Source of the DNA: Deltaproteobacteria bacterium
Lineage (GTDB): Bacteria > Myxococcota_A > UBA9160 > SMWR01
Reading direction: 5' to 3'
Length of the DNA: 47,003 nucleotides
Assembly (NCBI GenBank): GCA_032128115.1
Contig: JAQBHB010000012.1
Location: forward strand, 1 to 47,003
Under the pieces are notes generated by a model that was given only the letters and a program-made list of their open reading frames with translations, did no database searches and had not been told where the DNA came from. Below are positions 1 through 8,478 of the stretch, piece after piece; the first letter of the stretch is position 1; each line of letters begins with the position of its first letter. Made by a program: the position numbers and the translations under genes.

Positions 1-693
1 CCGCGCGGCGCGTACGAGGGTGAAGTCAGCTACACGGACCATGCGATCGGTACGTTGCTCGATGGCATCCCCGGCGTTTCCGCGGCCCGGCTGTTGACCG
101 TCTTCACGGCGGATCACGGCGAGGCCTTCGGCGAGGACGGCTATTACTTCGCCCACGGGCATTCGCTCGGCCTCGATCAGGTACGTGTGCCCATGCTGTG
201 GCGCGCGCCCGATCCGGCGGGGCCCGCGGTGGAGAGCGCGCCGGTAAGCCTGGTGGACGTAGCGCCGACCCTGATCCATGTGGCGGGGCTACCGGTGCCG
301 CCAGACTTCCGGGGCCGGCCCCTGCCCGTCGCGGGCCTGCCCCGAACGCCTTCCCCAGCCGGCGAGCGCGCCATCTTCGCCGAGCACGAGCGGCGCGCGG
401 CCGTGATCGTCGGCGACACCTACTACGCCCGTGACCGCAGCCCCATCCGCGACGACGAGGTGGACCGCACCTCGGGGGGCCGCGTGCGGGCCCTGCCGGG
501 CCGCACGGCCCGGCTCGGGCCGCCCGGGCCGATGCCGACCTACACCGCCGTGGGCCCCGACGGGGGGCCGGCGGCCCTGGAGTCGCGGCTTTCGGAGTTC
601 CTGGAAGCCACCCGCGCCAACCGGGGCGCCCGACACAGCGAGTTGCCCGACGGCGCTCCCGAACACCTGCGTGCCCTGGGCTACCTGGAATAG
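1..693 (+). CDS. Sulfatase-like hydrolase, C-terminal part (5' end outside window)
   Basis: Frame is open from base 1 (PRGAYEGEVSYTD...). It has the TADHGE and HGHSL metal-site motifs, VSLVDVAPT and a C-terminal LRALGYLE, all typical of the sulfatase/alkaline-phosphatase superfamily. Confidence 0.85.
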   Translation, partial: PRGAYEGEVSYTDHAIGTLLDGIPGVSAARLLTVFTADHGEAFGEDGYYFAHGHSLGLDQVRVPMLWRAPDPAGPAVESAPVSLVDVAPTLIHVAGLPVPPDFRGRPLPVAGLPRTPSPAGERAIFAEHERRAAVIVGDTYYARDRSPIRDDEVDRTSGGRVRALPGRTARLGPPGPMPTYTAVGPDGGPAALESRLSEFLEATRANRGARHSELPDGAPEHLRALGYLE

Positions 694-1966
694 GAAACGC
701 GCGCGGGGCAACCTCTGGGGCCGCCTCGTCCCCGGTTGCGGCGGCCTCGTCCTCACGCTGCTGGCGTCGACCGGCTGCTCCGAGCGTCCCAGCATCCTGC
801 TGGTCAGCCTCGACACGCTTCGGCGCGACCACGTGGGGGCCTACGGCGACGAGCGCGGCCTCACACCCGCACTGGACGCACTGGCCTCCGAAGGCCTGGT
901 TCACGAAGCGGCCTACACCACCATGCCCACCACCGGGCCCGCTCACCTCTCGCTTCTCACGGGCCTCTACCCGTCCGAACACGGGGCCCGACGCAACGGC
1001 GAAGGCCTGCGGCCGGGCCTGGCTTCCTACACGGCGCCATTCCAGTTGCGCCGGCGCGGCTACGCCACCGCCGCCTTCGTGACCACGAGGCTCCTGCACA
1101 AGTCCCTGCTGGGCCTGCGCGGCTTCGGCATCTACGACACGCCCCGGGGCAGCCTGCGGCCGGGCGACGACGCCGTGGCGGCCGCGCTGGCCTGGCTCGA
1201 CGTGGAAAAGCGCCGCCCCATCTTCATGTGGGTTCACCTCTACGACGCCCATGCGCCCTACGGCAGCGCCGACGAGAAGCGGCGCAGCTTTCCCGTGGAT
1301 GCCAGCGCCTACGGCTGGGTCGATCCCGACCGTTACTCGGACGCGGGCGAGAGAAGAGAGATGGAGACGCGCTACGCCCGGGGCGTAGCCGCGGCCGACA
1401 CGGCCCTGGGCCAGCTGGTGACCGGCGTGCGCGAGCGCCTCGCGAAGCCACCGCTGGTGATCGTGGTGAGCGACCACGGCGAAAGCTTCAGCGAGCACCT
1501 GGGCCAGCGGGGATTCGCCTACGACCACGGCGAGTCCCTGGACGAGGAGGCAATCGCGCTGGCGCTGGTGCTGGCGGGCCCGGGGGTAGCGCCTGGCCGC
1601 TCGACAGGCGCGGCCTCGATCCGCGACCTCTACACCACGATTCTTGCGGCTGCGGCACTCGAGGACCCGGGGGCCAGCGCCCGCGACCGCCGCGACCTGC
1701 GCCTGCCCCGCGCCGAGCCGCGCGTGGTTGCCGTCGAACGCCGGCGCCTGCTCTCGGAGGTGCGAGAGGCCGCGCGCTCCCACGCCAGCGGCGCCACCGA
1801 CGGGACGCGCCTGCTGATCGTGGCCGAGGACGCCTCTCCCACGTCGGGACCCGCCGACGCTGACCTTCTGGCAACGGCCCGCGCCCACCTGGCGCCCGCC
1901 GCCACTGCGGCTCCCATCGACCGGCAAACCCAGGAAGCGTTGACCCAGCTCGGCTACGGCGAGTGA
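671..1966 (+). CDS. Sulfatase-like lipoprotein with Thr-type active-site motif
   Basis: GTG at 671 is the nearest in-frame start. Lipobox-like LASTGC, then SLDTLRRDH, TTGPAHLSLLTG, HLYDAH, SDHGE, DHGE and C-terminal LTQLGY. Confidence 0.85.
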   Translation: MPWATWNRKRARGNLWGRLVPGCGGLVLTLLASTGCSERPSILLVSLDTLRRDHVGAYGDERGLTPALDALASEGLVHEAAYTTMPTTGPAHLSLLTGLYPSEHGARRNGEGLRPGLASYTAPFQLRRRGYATAAFVTTRLLHKSLLGLRGFGIYDTPRGSLRPGDDAVAAALAWLDVEKRRPIFMWVHLYDAHAPYGSADEKRRSFPVDASAYGWVDPDRYSDAGERREMETRYARGVAAADTALGQLVTGVRERLAKPPLVIVVSDHGESFSEHLGQRGFAYDHGESLDEEAIALALVLAGPGVAPGRSTGAASIRDLYTTILAAAALEDPGASARDRRDLRLPRAEPRVVAVERRRLLSEVREAARSHASGATDGTRLLIVAEDASPTSGPADADLLATARAHLAPAATAAPIDRQTQEALTQLGYGE

Positions 1967-1983
1967 CCCCCTGGGGGGTCTCA

Positions 1984-2019
1984 AGAAAGCGTTTTCCGCT
2001 TCCAAGGAAAACTTTTTCC
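1984..2019 (+). promoter_or_regulatory. Candidate tandem upstream activator sites for a sigma-54 enhancer-binding protein
   Basis: AGAAAG-CG-TTTTCC (1984) and the palindrome GGAAAA-CT-TTTTCC (2006) lie 22 bp apart, about 100-130 bp upstream of the -24 element. Confidence 0.45.
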
Positions 2020-2110
2020 CGCGGGCCCTCGGGATTGAAGACTGCGCGCGGAGCGGTCCTGTACTTGGCTGTTTTTGCACGTATTTTTTATCCCCGCGGG
2101 CTTGCGACAA

Positions 2111-2126
2111 CGGCACGCGGATTGCA
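2111..2126 (+). promoter_or_regulatory. Sigma-54 (-24/-12) promoter
   Basis: CGGCACGCGGATTGCA matches TGGCACG-N4-TTGCW with correct GG-N10-GC spacing and lies upstream of the PEP-CTERM genes. Confidence 0.75.
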
Positions 2127-2316
2127 TCCTTTGCGGCCGGGAAGGGGATGCGTAGAGCGTCCTTGCGGCGTCTGTGCGCTCCTTGGCATGTCCCCTTCCA
2201 GAGATATTTGGCACCGGCTGCTACCAGGTAGGCAGGTAGGCTCAGCTGGTTCTGTTTCGGTCCGCACCGCGACCACGGAGTTGGGTCGCCGGGCGGGTGG
2301 GAAGGGGAAGGTGAGG

Positions 2317-3132
2317 ATGCTCAACGCAGCGCGGGTTTTCGCAGCGACTTTGTTCACAGCGGCTTTGTTCAGTCTGGGGCTTCTGGTCGCCCCGTCGGCC
2401 CTGGCGACACCCCTCGATCTGGGGGCCGGCGACCTGGTGCAGTCGATGCAGTTCGACGCCTTCTACCAGACGGAACCGCCCTTGGGTGGCCCGCCGAACG
2501 GCGGCACCTACACCTACCTCCCCACCAAGGATCTGGCCATGGACGGCCGGGTGACCTCGGTGACGGTGAATCCGGGCAGCATCACCAAGGGCCTGGTGGT
2601 GCCCGACCTCAACGTGAAGTTCCACCTCGACGCGAGGTTGAGTTCGTTTAGTTTCATCCCGCTTGGCGGCTCGCTGTTCTTCGCGAATTCGACATTCATC
2701 AGCAACGGCGGCGGCATCGACTGGTTCATGACCCAGGGGACCCTCGCGAACGTGATCCTGAACGGGACGTTCGCCGCCCCGCTCACGATCTCGGGCGTGA
2801 TCAACATCGGGACCGGGGCCCTCACGGTGAACACCCTGCTCTCGGGCACCAATCTGTCGATCGTGAACGGCAATCCGGACCTGGTGGCTGCCCTGGGCGG
2901 CACAGGCGCCAACGCCATTCTCGAGCTCAAGCAGGCCATCTTCAACTTCGTGCCCGGCCTGAACGTCCTCGGACTCGACCTGAACCTGTTCAACAGCGAC
3001 TTCACGTTCGCGGCCTCGGGACAGATCACGCCGCTGGCCAACGCACCCTTCGTGCCCGAGCCGGGGACGGCCCTGATGCTCGGCGCCGGGCTCGTGGGTC
3101 TGCTGGCGGTGGGACGCCGGATCCGCGGCTAG
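2317..3132 (+). CDS. PEP-CTERM sorting domain-containing secreted protein
   Basis: Signal peptide (MLNAARVF...SALA) and C-terminal VPEPGTALMLGAGLVGLLAVGRRIRG. Start is ATG 2317 or GTG 2311 after a purine-rich RBS. Confidence 0.9.
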   Translation: MLNAARVFAATLFTAALFSLGLLVAPSALATPLDLGAGDLVQSMQFDAFYQTEPPLGGPPNGGTYTYLPTKDLAMDGRVTSVTVNPGSITKGLVVPDLNVKFHLDARLSSFSFIPLGGSLFFANSTFISNGGGIDWFMTQGTLANVILNGTFAAPLTISGVINIGTGALTVNTLLSGTNLSIVNGNPDLVAALGGTGANAILELKQAIFNFVPGLNVLGLDLNLFNSDFTFAASGQITPLANAPFVPEPGTALMLGAGLVGLLAVGRRIRG

Positions 3133-3192
3133 CGGACTAGCGGACCGACTGAAGACGCCAAGAACGACCTCCGGCCGGAGAGGTTTCGGAGG

Positions 3193-4008
3193 GTGAAAGT
3201 GGGATTGATGCGAACCGAACTGAGAGCGGTTGTGGCGGCGGTGGTGGGGGCCCTCGGTCTGCTGCTGGCAGGGGCGGCTCATGCGTTCACGACGGTGCTG
3301 ATCGGTGGAACGGATGCCCAGTCGTCCTACGAGGGGTACACCGACGCCCAGCCCAATGCAGGTGTCTTTACCTTCTTCGACGCCGTCGTCGAGGCGACGC
3401 CCCAGAAGGGCTTCGTCGACACGCCGGACTCGAACTTCCTGAGCTTCGTGAACGCCAAGGTCGATCTCGACATCATCTTCGACACCAGCGTCTGCAACCC
3501 GGCGGCCTGCGGCATGACGTTTGCCTCCTTCAAGGGGGCCAACGCGGGCGCGGATCTGATCTTCTGGCCCTCCGGGGGCGGCCCGATCCCGCTGCTCATG
3601 CTGGAGATCGACTTCATCGACGTGGTGCAGGCGTCTCCGGCCTCGGGTGGCAACTTCGCCATGGGCGGCCAGGTAGTCAACCCGAACCTGTTCGGCACGT
3701 CGAAGCTGCGGGTCGTGGGCGGCTCCGAGGCCGCCGCCATCATCGCTTACGTGGGTGGAAACAAGGCCATCCTGCGCATGGACATCAACAAGCCCAAGGA
3801 CAACACGGGGACCAAGATCCAGACCGCGGATTTGCTTTCCACGGGCATCTGGTTCAACGAAGACTGGACGGTGGGCCTTCCGGCGCTCATCCCCGTGGGT
3901 GCCACCAACTTCGACCTGGTGATCGTGCCCGAACCGGGCACGGCCGCACTGCTCGGCCTCTCGCTCGTCGCGCTGGCGCTGCACGCGCGCACTCGTCGCC
4001 TTCGCTGA
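3193..4008 (+). CDS. PEP-CTERM sorting domain-containing secreted protein
   Basis: Signal peptide ending AAHA and C-terminal VPEPGTAALLGLSLVALALHARTRRLR. Start may be ATG 3208. Confidence 0.9.
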   Translation: MKVGLMRTELRAVVAAVVGALGLLLAGAAHAFTTVLIGGTDAQSSYEGYTDAQPNAGVFTFFDAVVEATPQKGFVDTPDSNFLSFVNAKVDLDIIFDTSVCNPAACGMTFASFKGANAGADLIFWPSGGGPIPLLMLEIDFIDVVQASPASGGNFAMGGQVVNPNLFGTSKLRVVGGSEAAAIIAYVGGNKAILRMDINKPKDNTGTKIQTADLLSTGIWFNEDWTVGLPALIPVGATNFDLVIVPEPGTAALLGLSLVALALHARTRRLR

Positions 4009-4062
4009 TTTCCCCTGGCTGAATTCGGCCCTGACTGAATTCGGTTTCCGCCCAGCCGCGGA

Positions 4063-4091
4063 CTGACTCGCGAGTCAACTCCGCGTATAAT
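4063..4091 (+). promoter_or_regulatory. Sigma-70-type promoter with overlapping palindromic operator
   Basis: CTGACT-N17-TATAAT, with the perfect 14-bp palindrome TGACTCGCGAGTCA at 4064-4077. Confidence 0.65.
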
Positions 4092-4101
4092 CCGGGTCTA
4101 C

Positions 4102-5916
4102 ATGGTTGCGAGAAAGTCGCTTCGGGCGACGCTGAGCGGGTTCGTTGCTGCGATGGGGGTCGCCTCGGCGGCTGCGGCGCAGCCGGCCGTCGGAGATCTC
4201 GACGGCGATGGGTTGGTTTCCGCTTCCGACGAATCCCTCCTGGCGAGCTTCTACGGCGATGTCTCGATCAATCCCGGCTTCGAATCCGGCGCCGACCTGA
4301 ACGGCGACGGACGCGTCGATGTGCTCGACCTGGGGCTTTTCAGTGGGAGCTTCGGAAGCGTCGGCGATCCGGACTCCACACCCCCGAGTCTGTTCGTCAC
4401 GCTCAACGACATTCCGGACGACATGAACGACTTGTTGGTGGTGCCGCCGGACGAGTTCCAGATCACACTTCTCCTGGATGCATTGGGTGGCAGCTTGATC
4501 GATCCGGCCTCCCTCTCGGTCACCGCCAGCCGCGACATCGGCGGGTTTCCCGCTGGCACCGACATGGGCTCCCTGTTCACCCTCACCCCCACCCGCGCGA
4601 CCTGGACCGTGCCGGCGGGGAGCGACCTGGATCGCGTCACCCACTATCTGACGGTGTCGATCCAGGACCTGGCGGGCAACCCGGCAAGCGACGTCTATGG
4701 CTATGCGGTTCGCGACTTCCCCTTCGGACAGCCCATGGCCAACCTGCAGACCGTCTACCTGGATTTCGACGGCAACCAGGGGCCGGGCTCCTTCAGCGAG
4801 GATCTTCGCGAATACGGACTCGCCTCCGATGCCACGCCAGAAGCCCAGGCCCTGGAGCCGCAGATGCGCGCCATGCTGATCTCCGAGATCTTGCGGCGGG
4901 TGCGCCCCTACTACGGTCTCGACGCAGACGGCACTCCCGGGCCCGATGCCGCCAACGTGGCCATCACCGACAGCGACCCGGGCCTGCCGCGAGCGCGCCT
5001 GTGCGTGGGGGGCGATTCCGGACCCGGCGGGAAACTGCTGGGAGCGAGCTTCATGGACGTGCACAACTCCGAGGAGAACTCCAACGACTGTGGCGGCGGG
5101 GCCGGCGTCTTCCCCCAGGCCATCGACAACCTCTGGGGCACCGACCCGCAGTACCAGACGAACATCCACCCCCTGGATCCGGACGAGGGCGGCGTGCCCG
5201 TGGGCGAGCACCCGGAGGACGCCAGCGTGCTCGCGCCCGGTTTCGACCTGGGCACGGCAACGGCCGCCCAGATCACCCGGGTGGCCCAGATCGTGAACGG
5301 CGTGGAAGTGTTCGCCCAGATCCTGGCTACGGCGATCGCGCACGAGACCGGCCACGCCTTCGGGCTGGTGGCCCATGGCCCCACGCCCGGAGGCCTCTAT
5401 GGGGGGGCGTCGGGCGGCAAGGCCGACCACAACGTGAACATCTCGGGAGGCACCCCCTTCGAGAACTTCCTGATGAACTCCGGCGGGTCGTTCACGTTCG
5501 GCGAGATGACCGGCCGCGGGGTTCCCCTGCCCGTCTTCCGCCCGCTGGCGTGGGCCTATCTGCACGATCGGGTGGTGGTCGACGGCGACGTGACGGGGCT
5601 CTTCGATCCGCCCGCCATTACGTCGGTGTCGCCGAACCCAGCGGTGTATCCGGATTGCTGCACACCCGTAGCGATCGCGATCTACGGTTCGAATTTTTTG
5701 GCGCCAGGACCGCCCTTCGTGGAATTCCACATCCCGGGCGACACGCCTGGTGAGTTGTTCAACCTGGTGGTGCGGGACGCCGGCCTGCCCAGCGAGCGCA
5801 TCGAGGGCGTCATCAGCCCCTTCGTCACGGTGCTCCCTGGCTTCTACGACGTGACCGTCATCGGAGACGATGGACAGGTCGTCACGGCCGTAGACGCGCT
5901 GGAGGTGCATTTCTGA
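4102..5916 (+). CDS. Secreted dockerin-domain zinc metalloprotease (metzincin-like) with C-terminal IPT/TIG-like domain
   Basis: Signal peptide, duplicated Ca-loop GDLDGDGLVSASD...ADLNGDGRVDVLD, HETGHAFGLVAH, Met-turn-like FLMNSG and PPAITSVSPN. Confidence 0.75.
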   Translation: MVARKSLRATLSGFVAAMGVASAAAAQPAVGDLDGDGLVSASDESLLASFYGDVSINPGFESGADLNGDGRVDVLDLGLFSGSFGSVGDPDSTPPSLFVTLNDIPDDMNDLLVVPPDEFQITLLLDALGGSLIDPASLSVTASRDIGGFPAGTDMGSLFTLTPTRATWTVPAGSDLDRVTHYLTVSIQDLAGNPASDVYGYAVRDFPFGQPMANLQTVYLDFDGNQGPGSFSEDLREYGLASDATPEAQALEPQMRAMLISEILRRVRPYYGLDADGTPGPDAANVAITDSDPGLPRARLCVGGDSGPGGKLLGASFMDVHNSEENSNDCGGGAGVFPQAIDNLWGTDPQYQTNIHPLDPDEGGVPVGEHPEDASVLAPGFDLGTATAAQITRVAQIVNGVEVFAQILATAIAHETGHAFGLVAHGPTPGGLYGGASGGKADHNVNISGGTPFENFLMNSGGSFTFGEMTGRGVPLPVFRPLAWAYLHDRVVVDGDVTGLFDPPAITSVSPNPAVYPDCCTPVAIAIYGSNFLAPGPPFVEFHIPGDTPGELFNLVVRDAGLPSERIEGVISPFVTVLPGFYDVTVIGDDGQVVTAVDALEVHF

Positions 5917-6428
5917 TGCGGGCACGACGCGTCAATCGCCTCTGGGTGGCGGCGCTCTTCCTGGGAACTCCGCTATTCCTGGGGGCGCCCTGCGGCAGCG
6001 GCGAAGGCGGCCCGATCGCTGCGCTTCGCGCTGAGCCCGCCCAGGTGATCTACTTCGCGGGCGGCTACTACATGAAGGTGAACGTCTACGCCACCGTGGA
6101 TCAGCCGGCACACGCCTGGGAATTGAATCTCGGTTGGAACACCGCGATCCTGGACCACCTGTTCACGAGCCCGGCGCCCGAGTCCGACGACGACGGCGTC
6201 TTCTTCCACGGCCCGGACCTGGACGAGGCGGCCGGCACCCTGGGCTTCGCCGACCTGCGCCACGGAAGCTCGGGCCTCACCGGCGACTCTCGCATTGCCG
6301 AGGTGTGGTTCGTTGCGTGGCATGGCGGCACCGCCAACGTCACCATCGACGGCGGGCTTTCCACCGATGAAGGTGAAGCCTTCACGGTGATCGCCAACCT
6401 CAACGGTACCTTCCCCATCACCCCCTGA
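5916..6428 (+). CDS. Cohesin-like domain protein, putative lipoprotein
   Basis: TGATG overlap with the upstream gene. Hydrophobic leader ending LGAPC. The beta-strand pattern (KVNVYA..AWELNLGWNTAIL..GLTGDSRIAEVWFVA..GTANVTI) resembles cohesin. Confidence 0.6.
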   Translation: MRARRVNRLWVAALFLGTPLFLGAPCGSGEGGPIAALRAEPAQVIYFAGGYYMKVNVYATVDQPAHAWELNLGWNTAILDHLFTSPAPESDDDGVFFHGPDLDEAAGTLGFADLRHGSSGLTGDSRIAEVWFVAWHGGTANVTIDGGLSTDEGEAFTVIANLNGTFPITP

Positions 6429-8478
6429 AGCCCGGTTGTCCCAACGCCATCAGGCGCGCCCGCGCGTGGATGGCCATGGGGTCCGCCGGGTGGGCAACCG
6501 CCAGCACCCGCAGGTAGAGTTCGCCCGCCATCTCGTTGTCGCCCTCTTCCTCGGCCAGCACGGCGCGCTGGTGCAGCGCCTGGGTGTGGCGCGGGTCGAT
6601 CGTGAGGGCGCGCTCGAATTGCTCGCGTGCGGCGTCCCGGTCCCCCGATTCGCGCCGCAGGTTGCCCACCTGCACGTGCAGGAGCGGATCGTCATCCCGT
6701 TTCTCCAGCTCCTGCTGCAGGATCGCTTCCGAGGCCGACGCGAAACCCGCCTTGTAGAGCAGCGTTGCGTGCACCACCGGATCCTCTGCGAGTCCCCGAT
6801 CGGCCTCGATCGCCGCCTCCCAGCTCTCTAGCGCGGCCTTGTTCCGGCCCAGGGCGTTGTAGAAGCTGGCGCGCCCCATGGCGCGGATCACGAATTCTCC
6901 GTCGCTCGCCTGCTCGAGCGGCCGAAACAGGTCGGGCGCGTCCACATCCACGGGCTCCCAGTTCCGGTCGTCGTTGGCGCGCACGAACAGGGCCGCCACC
7001 TCGTCTACCTGCACCAGCACCCAGTTGGAGTTGAAATAGAGCCATCGCAGGATCGCGTCGGACGCGATCAGGCTGTAGTGCACCAGCACGACGCCGAAGT
7101 GGTACTCCTTGTCGAGCATCCGGAATCGCTCCGGCACGCCGCCCTGGAGCTCGATGAACTTCTCGGAGCCGTAGACCTCCAGGCGTCCGTCGGTCATCAC
7201 CTTGTAGTCGGGCCACAGTCGCCAGATCAGATAGCCCCCGTCGGCCATGTGGTGCGCGATGGGTCCCGGTGGACGCTGCTCGGCGATCCACTCGGCCTGT
7301 TGGGTCGGAAAGAAGACCTCCATCACCCCGAATCCGAACTGGCGGTGGGCGCCGATGCGACTGAAGAACTCCCCGCGCGCCACATCGAGCGTGGTGGCGA
7401 ACAGGAACAGGCCCGTCGCCGCTGCCGCCGCCGTGCGCAACCGCGGTGGCAAGGGGCGGCGGTCCAGGATTTCGTTCCAGTTGCGCACGGCGATGGGAGC
7501 CGCCACCAGGGCGAAGAGCGCGAGATTCCGCTTCGCGCCCAGTGCCAGGTAGAGAAAGGCCACCCACATCAGCACGTCGCTGCCCTGGAGGCGGCGCCAG
7601 TTGAGTGCCATGCCCAAGAACGACGCCAACGCCAGCACGGCCACGAAGCCCAGGGCCACCGAGTTCAGGGGCTGCTCCCCGCCCACAGGCGGGATCAACT
7701 CGGCCACGATCGACCCGAACGTGCCTCGCTCGTCCACCGGGCCGATCATGCCCAGCTGTTGCAGGGGATACAGGGCGCCCTCGATGAAATTGGGGTTGGC
7801 GAACGAGGCCAGCACGGAGAGGGCCACCACGGCGGCCAGGCGTTGGATTCGATCCCGGCGCAGGGACTGGTCGGGATACAGGATCGGCCGCAACACCTCC
7901 GCCGCCAGGTAGATCCCGCACACGGCGATCCCCAGGGCGAAGAGCCCGTGCAGGTTCACCCAGATCAGCTGCACCCCGACGATCCCGTACACCCAGGCGT
8001 CGCCGCGCCGCTGAAAGCGATCCAGCAGCGCCAGGATGGCGGCCAGGCACAAGAAGGTGGGAAGCTCCGGGCGCGGCATGATGCGGTCGCAGGTGATCAA
8101 CAGCATCAGGCCCAGGAACGCGCACGTGAGGTAGGGACGCTCGCGCCGGGTTCCGATGCTGGCGAGCAGCGCCACCAGCCCCAGCATCAGGACGGCCTTG
8201 CCCCACACCACCGCGCCGTGGCCCCCCAGCTGGAACAGGCCGTGAAGGCCCAGCTGGTGGAGCCAGTGGATGTCGATCCAACGGGCGCCGGGAACCGTGT
8301 AGGTGTAGGGGTCGAACCGGGGCACGGAGCCGGTCTCGGCGATGAGGGCGCCGGTGCGCAGATGCCACCAGTAATCGAAGGAACGGATCGTCTGCAGCGA
8401 GAACGCCGTGGCAAGGCCCGCCAGCAGCAGCCAGGGCACGGCTCGCGCCAGACGCGTTCTCGTGGCAACGGCCTCCAT
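6418..8478 (-). CDS. Multi-pass membrane protein, GT-C-like, with C-terminal TPR repeats
   Basis: DYWWHLRTG after the first TM helix, many hydrophobic helices, WVNLHG, MTDGRLEVYG and TPR-like helices (FERALTIDPRHTQA). Confidence 0.75.
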   Translation of the reverse strand: MEAVATRTRLARAVPWLLLAGLATAFSLQTIRSFDYWWHLRTGALIAETGSVPRFDPYTYTVPGARWIDIHWLHQLGLHGLFQLGGHGAVVWGKAVLMLGLVALLASIGTRRERPYLTCAFLGLMLLITCDRIMPRPELPTFLCLAAILALLDRFQRRGDAWVYGIVGVQLIWVNLHGLFALGIAVCGIYLAAEVLRPILYPDQSLRRDRIQRLAAVVALSVLASFANPNFIEGALYPLQQLGMIGPVDERGTFGSIVAELIPPVGGEQPLNSVALGFVAVLALASFLGMALNWRRLQGSDVLMWVAFLYLALGAKRNLALFALVAAPIAVRNWNEILDRRPLPPRLRTAAAAATGLFLFATTLDVARGEFFSRIGAHRQFGFGVMEVFFPTQQAEWIAEQRPPGPIAHHMADGGYLIWRLWPDYKVMTDGRLEVYGSEKFIELQGGVPERFRMLDKEYHFGVVLVHYSLIASDAILRWLYFNSNWVLVQVDEVAALFVRANDDRNWEPVDVDAPDLFRPLEQASDGEFVIRAMGRASFYNALGRNKAALESWEAAIEADRGLAEDPVVHATLLYKAGFASASEAILQQELEKRDDDPLLHVQVGNLRRESGDRDAAREQFERALTIDPRHTQALHQRAVLAEEEGDNEMAGELYLRVLAVAHPADPMAIHARARLMALGQPGFRG

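Noticed and set aside
104..2116. Long antisense and alternate-frame ORFs (e.g. 104-2116, 2242-3984, 4075-5925, 10156-12255, 23577-25994, 29357-31567, 43099-45555)
   Set aside because: They are shadows of well-supported genes. Stop codons are scarce in GC-rich DNA, and the translations are Arg/Gly/Pro-rich with no motifs.
2184..2224. Additional TGGCA motifs as sigma-54 promoters
   Set aside because: TGGCATGTCCCCTTCC lacks the -12 GC, and TGGCACCGGCTGC has the wrong GG-GC spacing.
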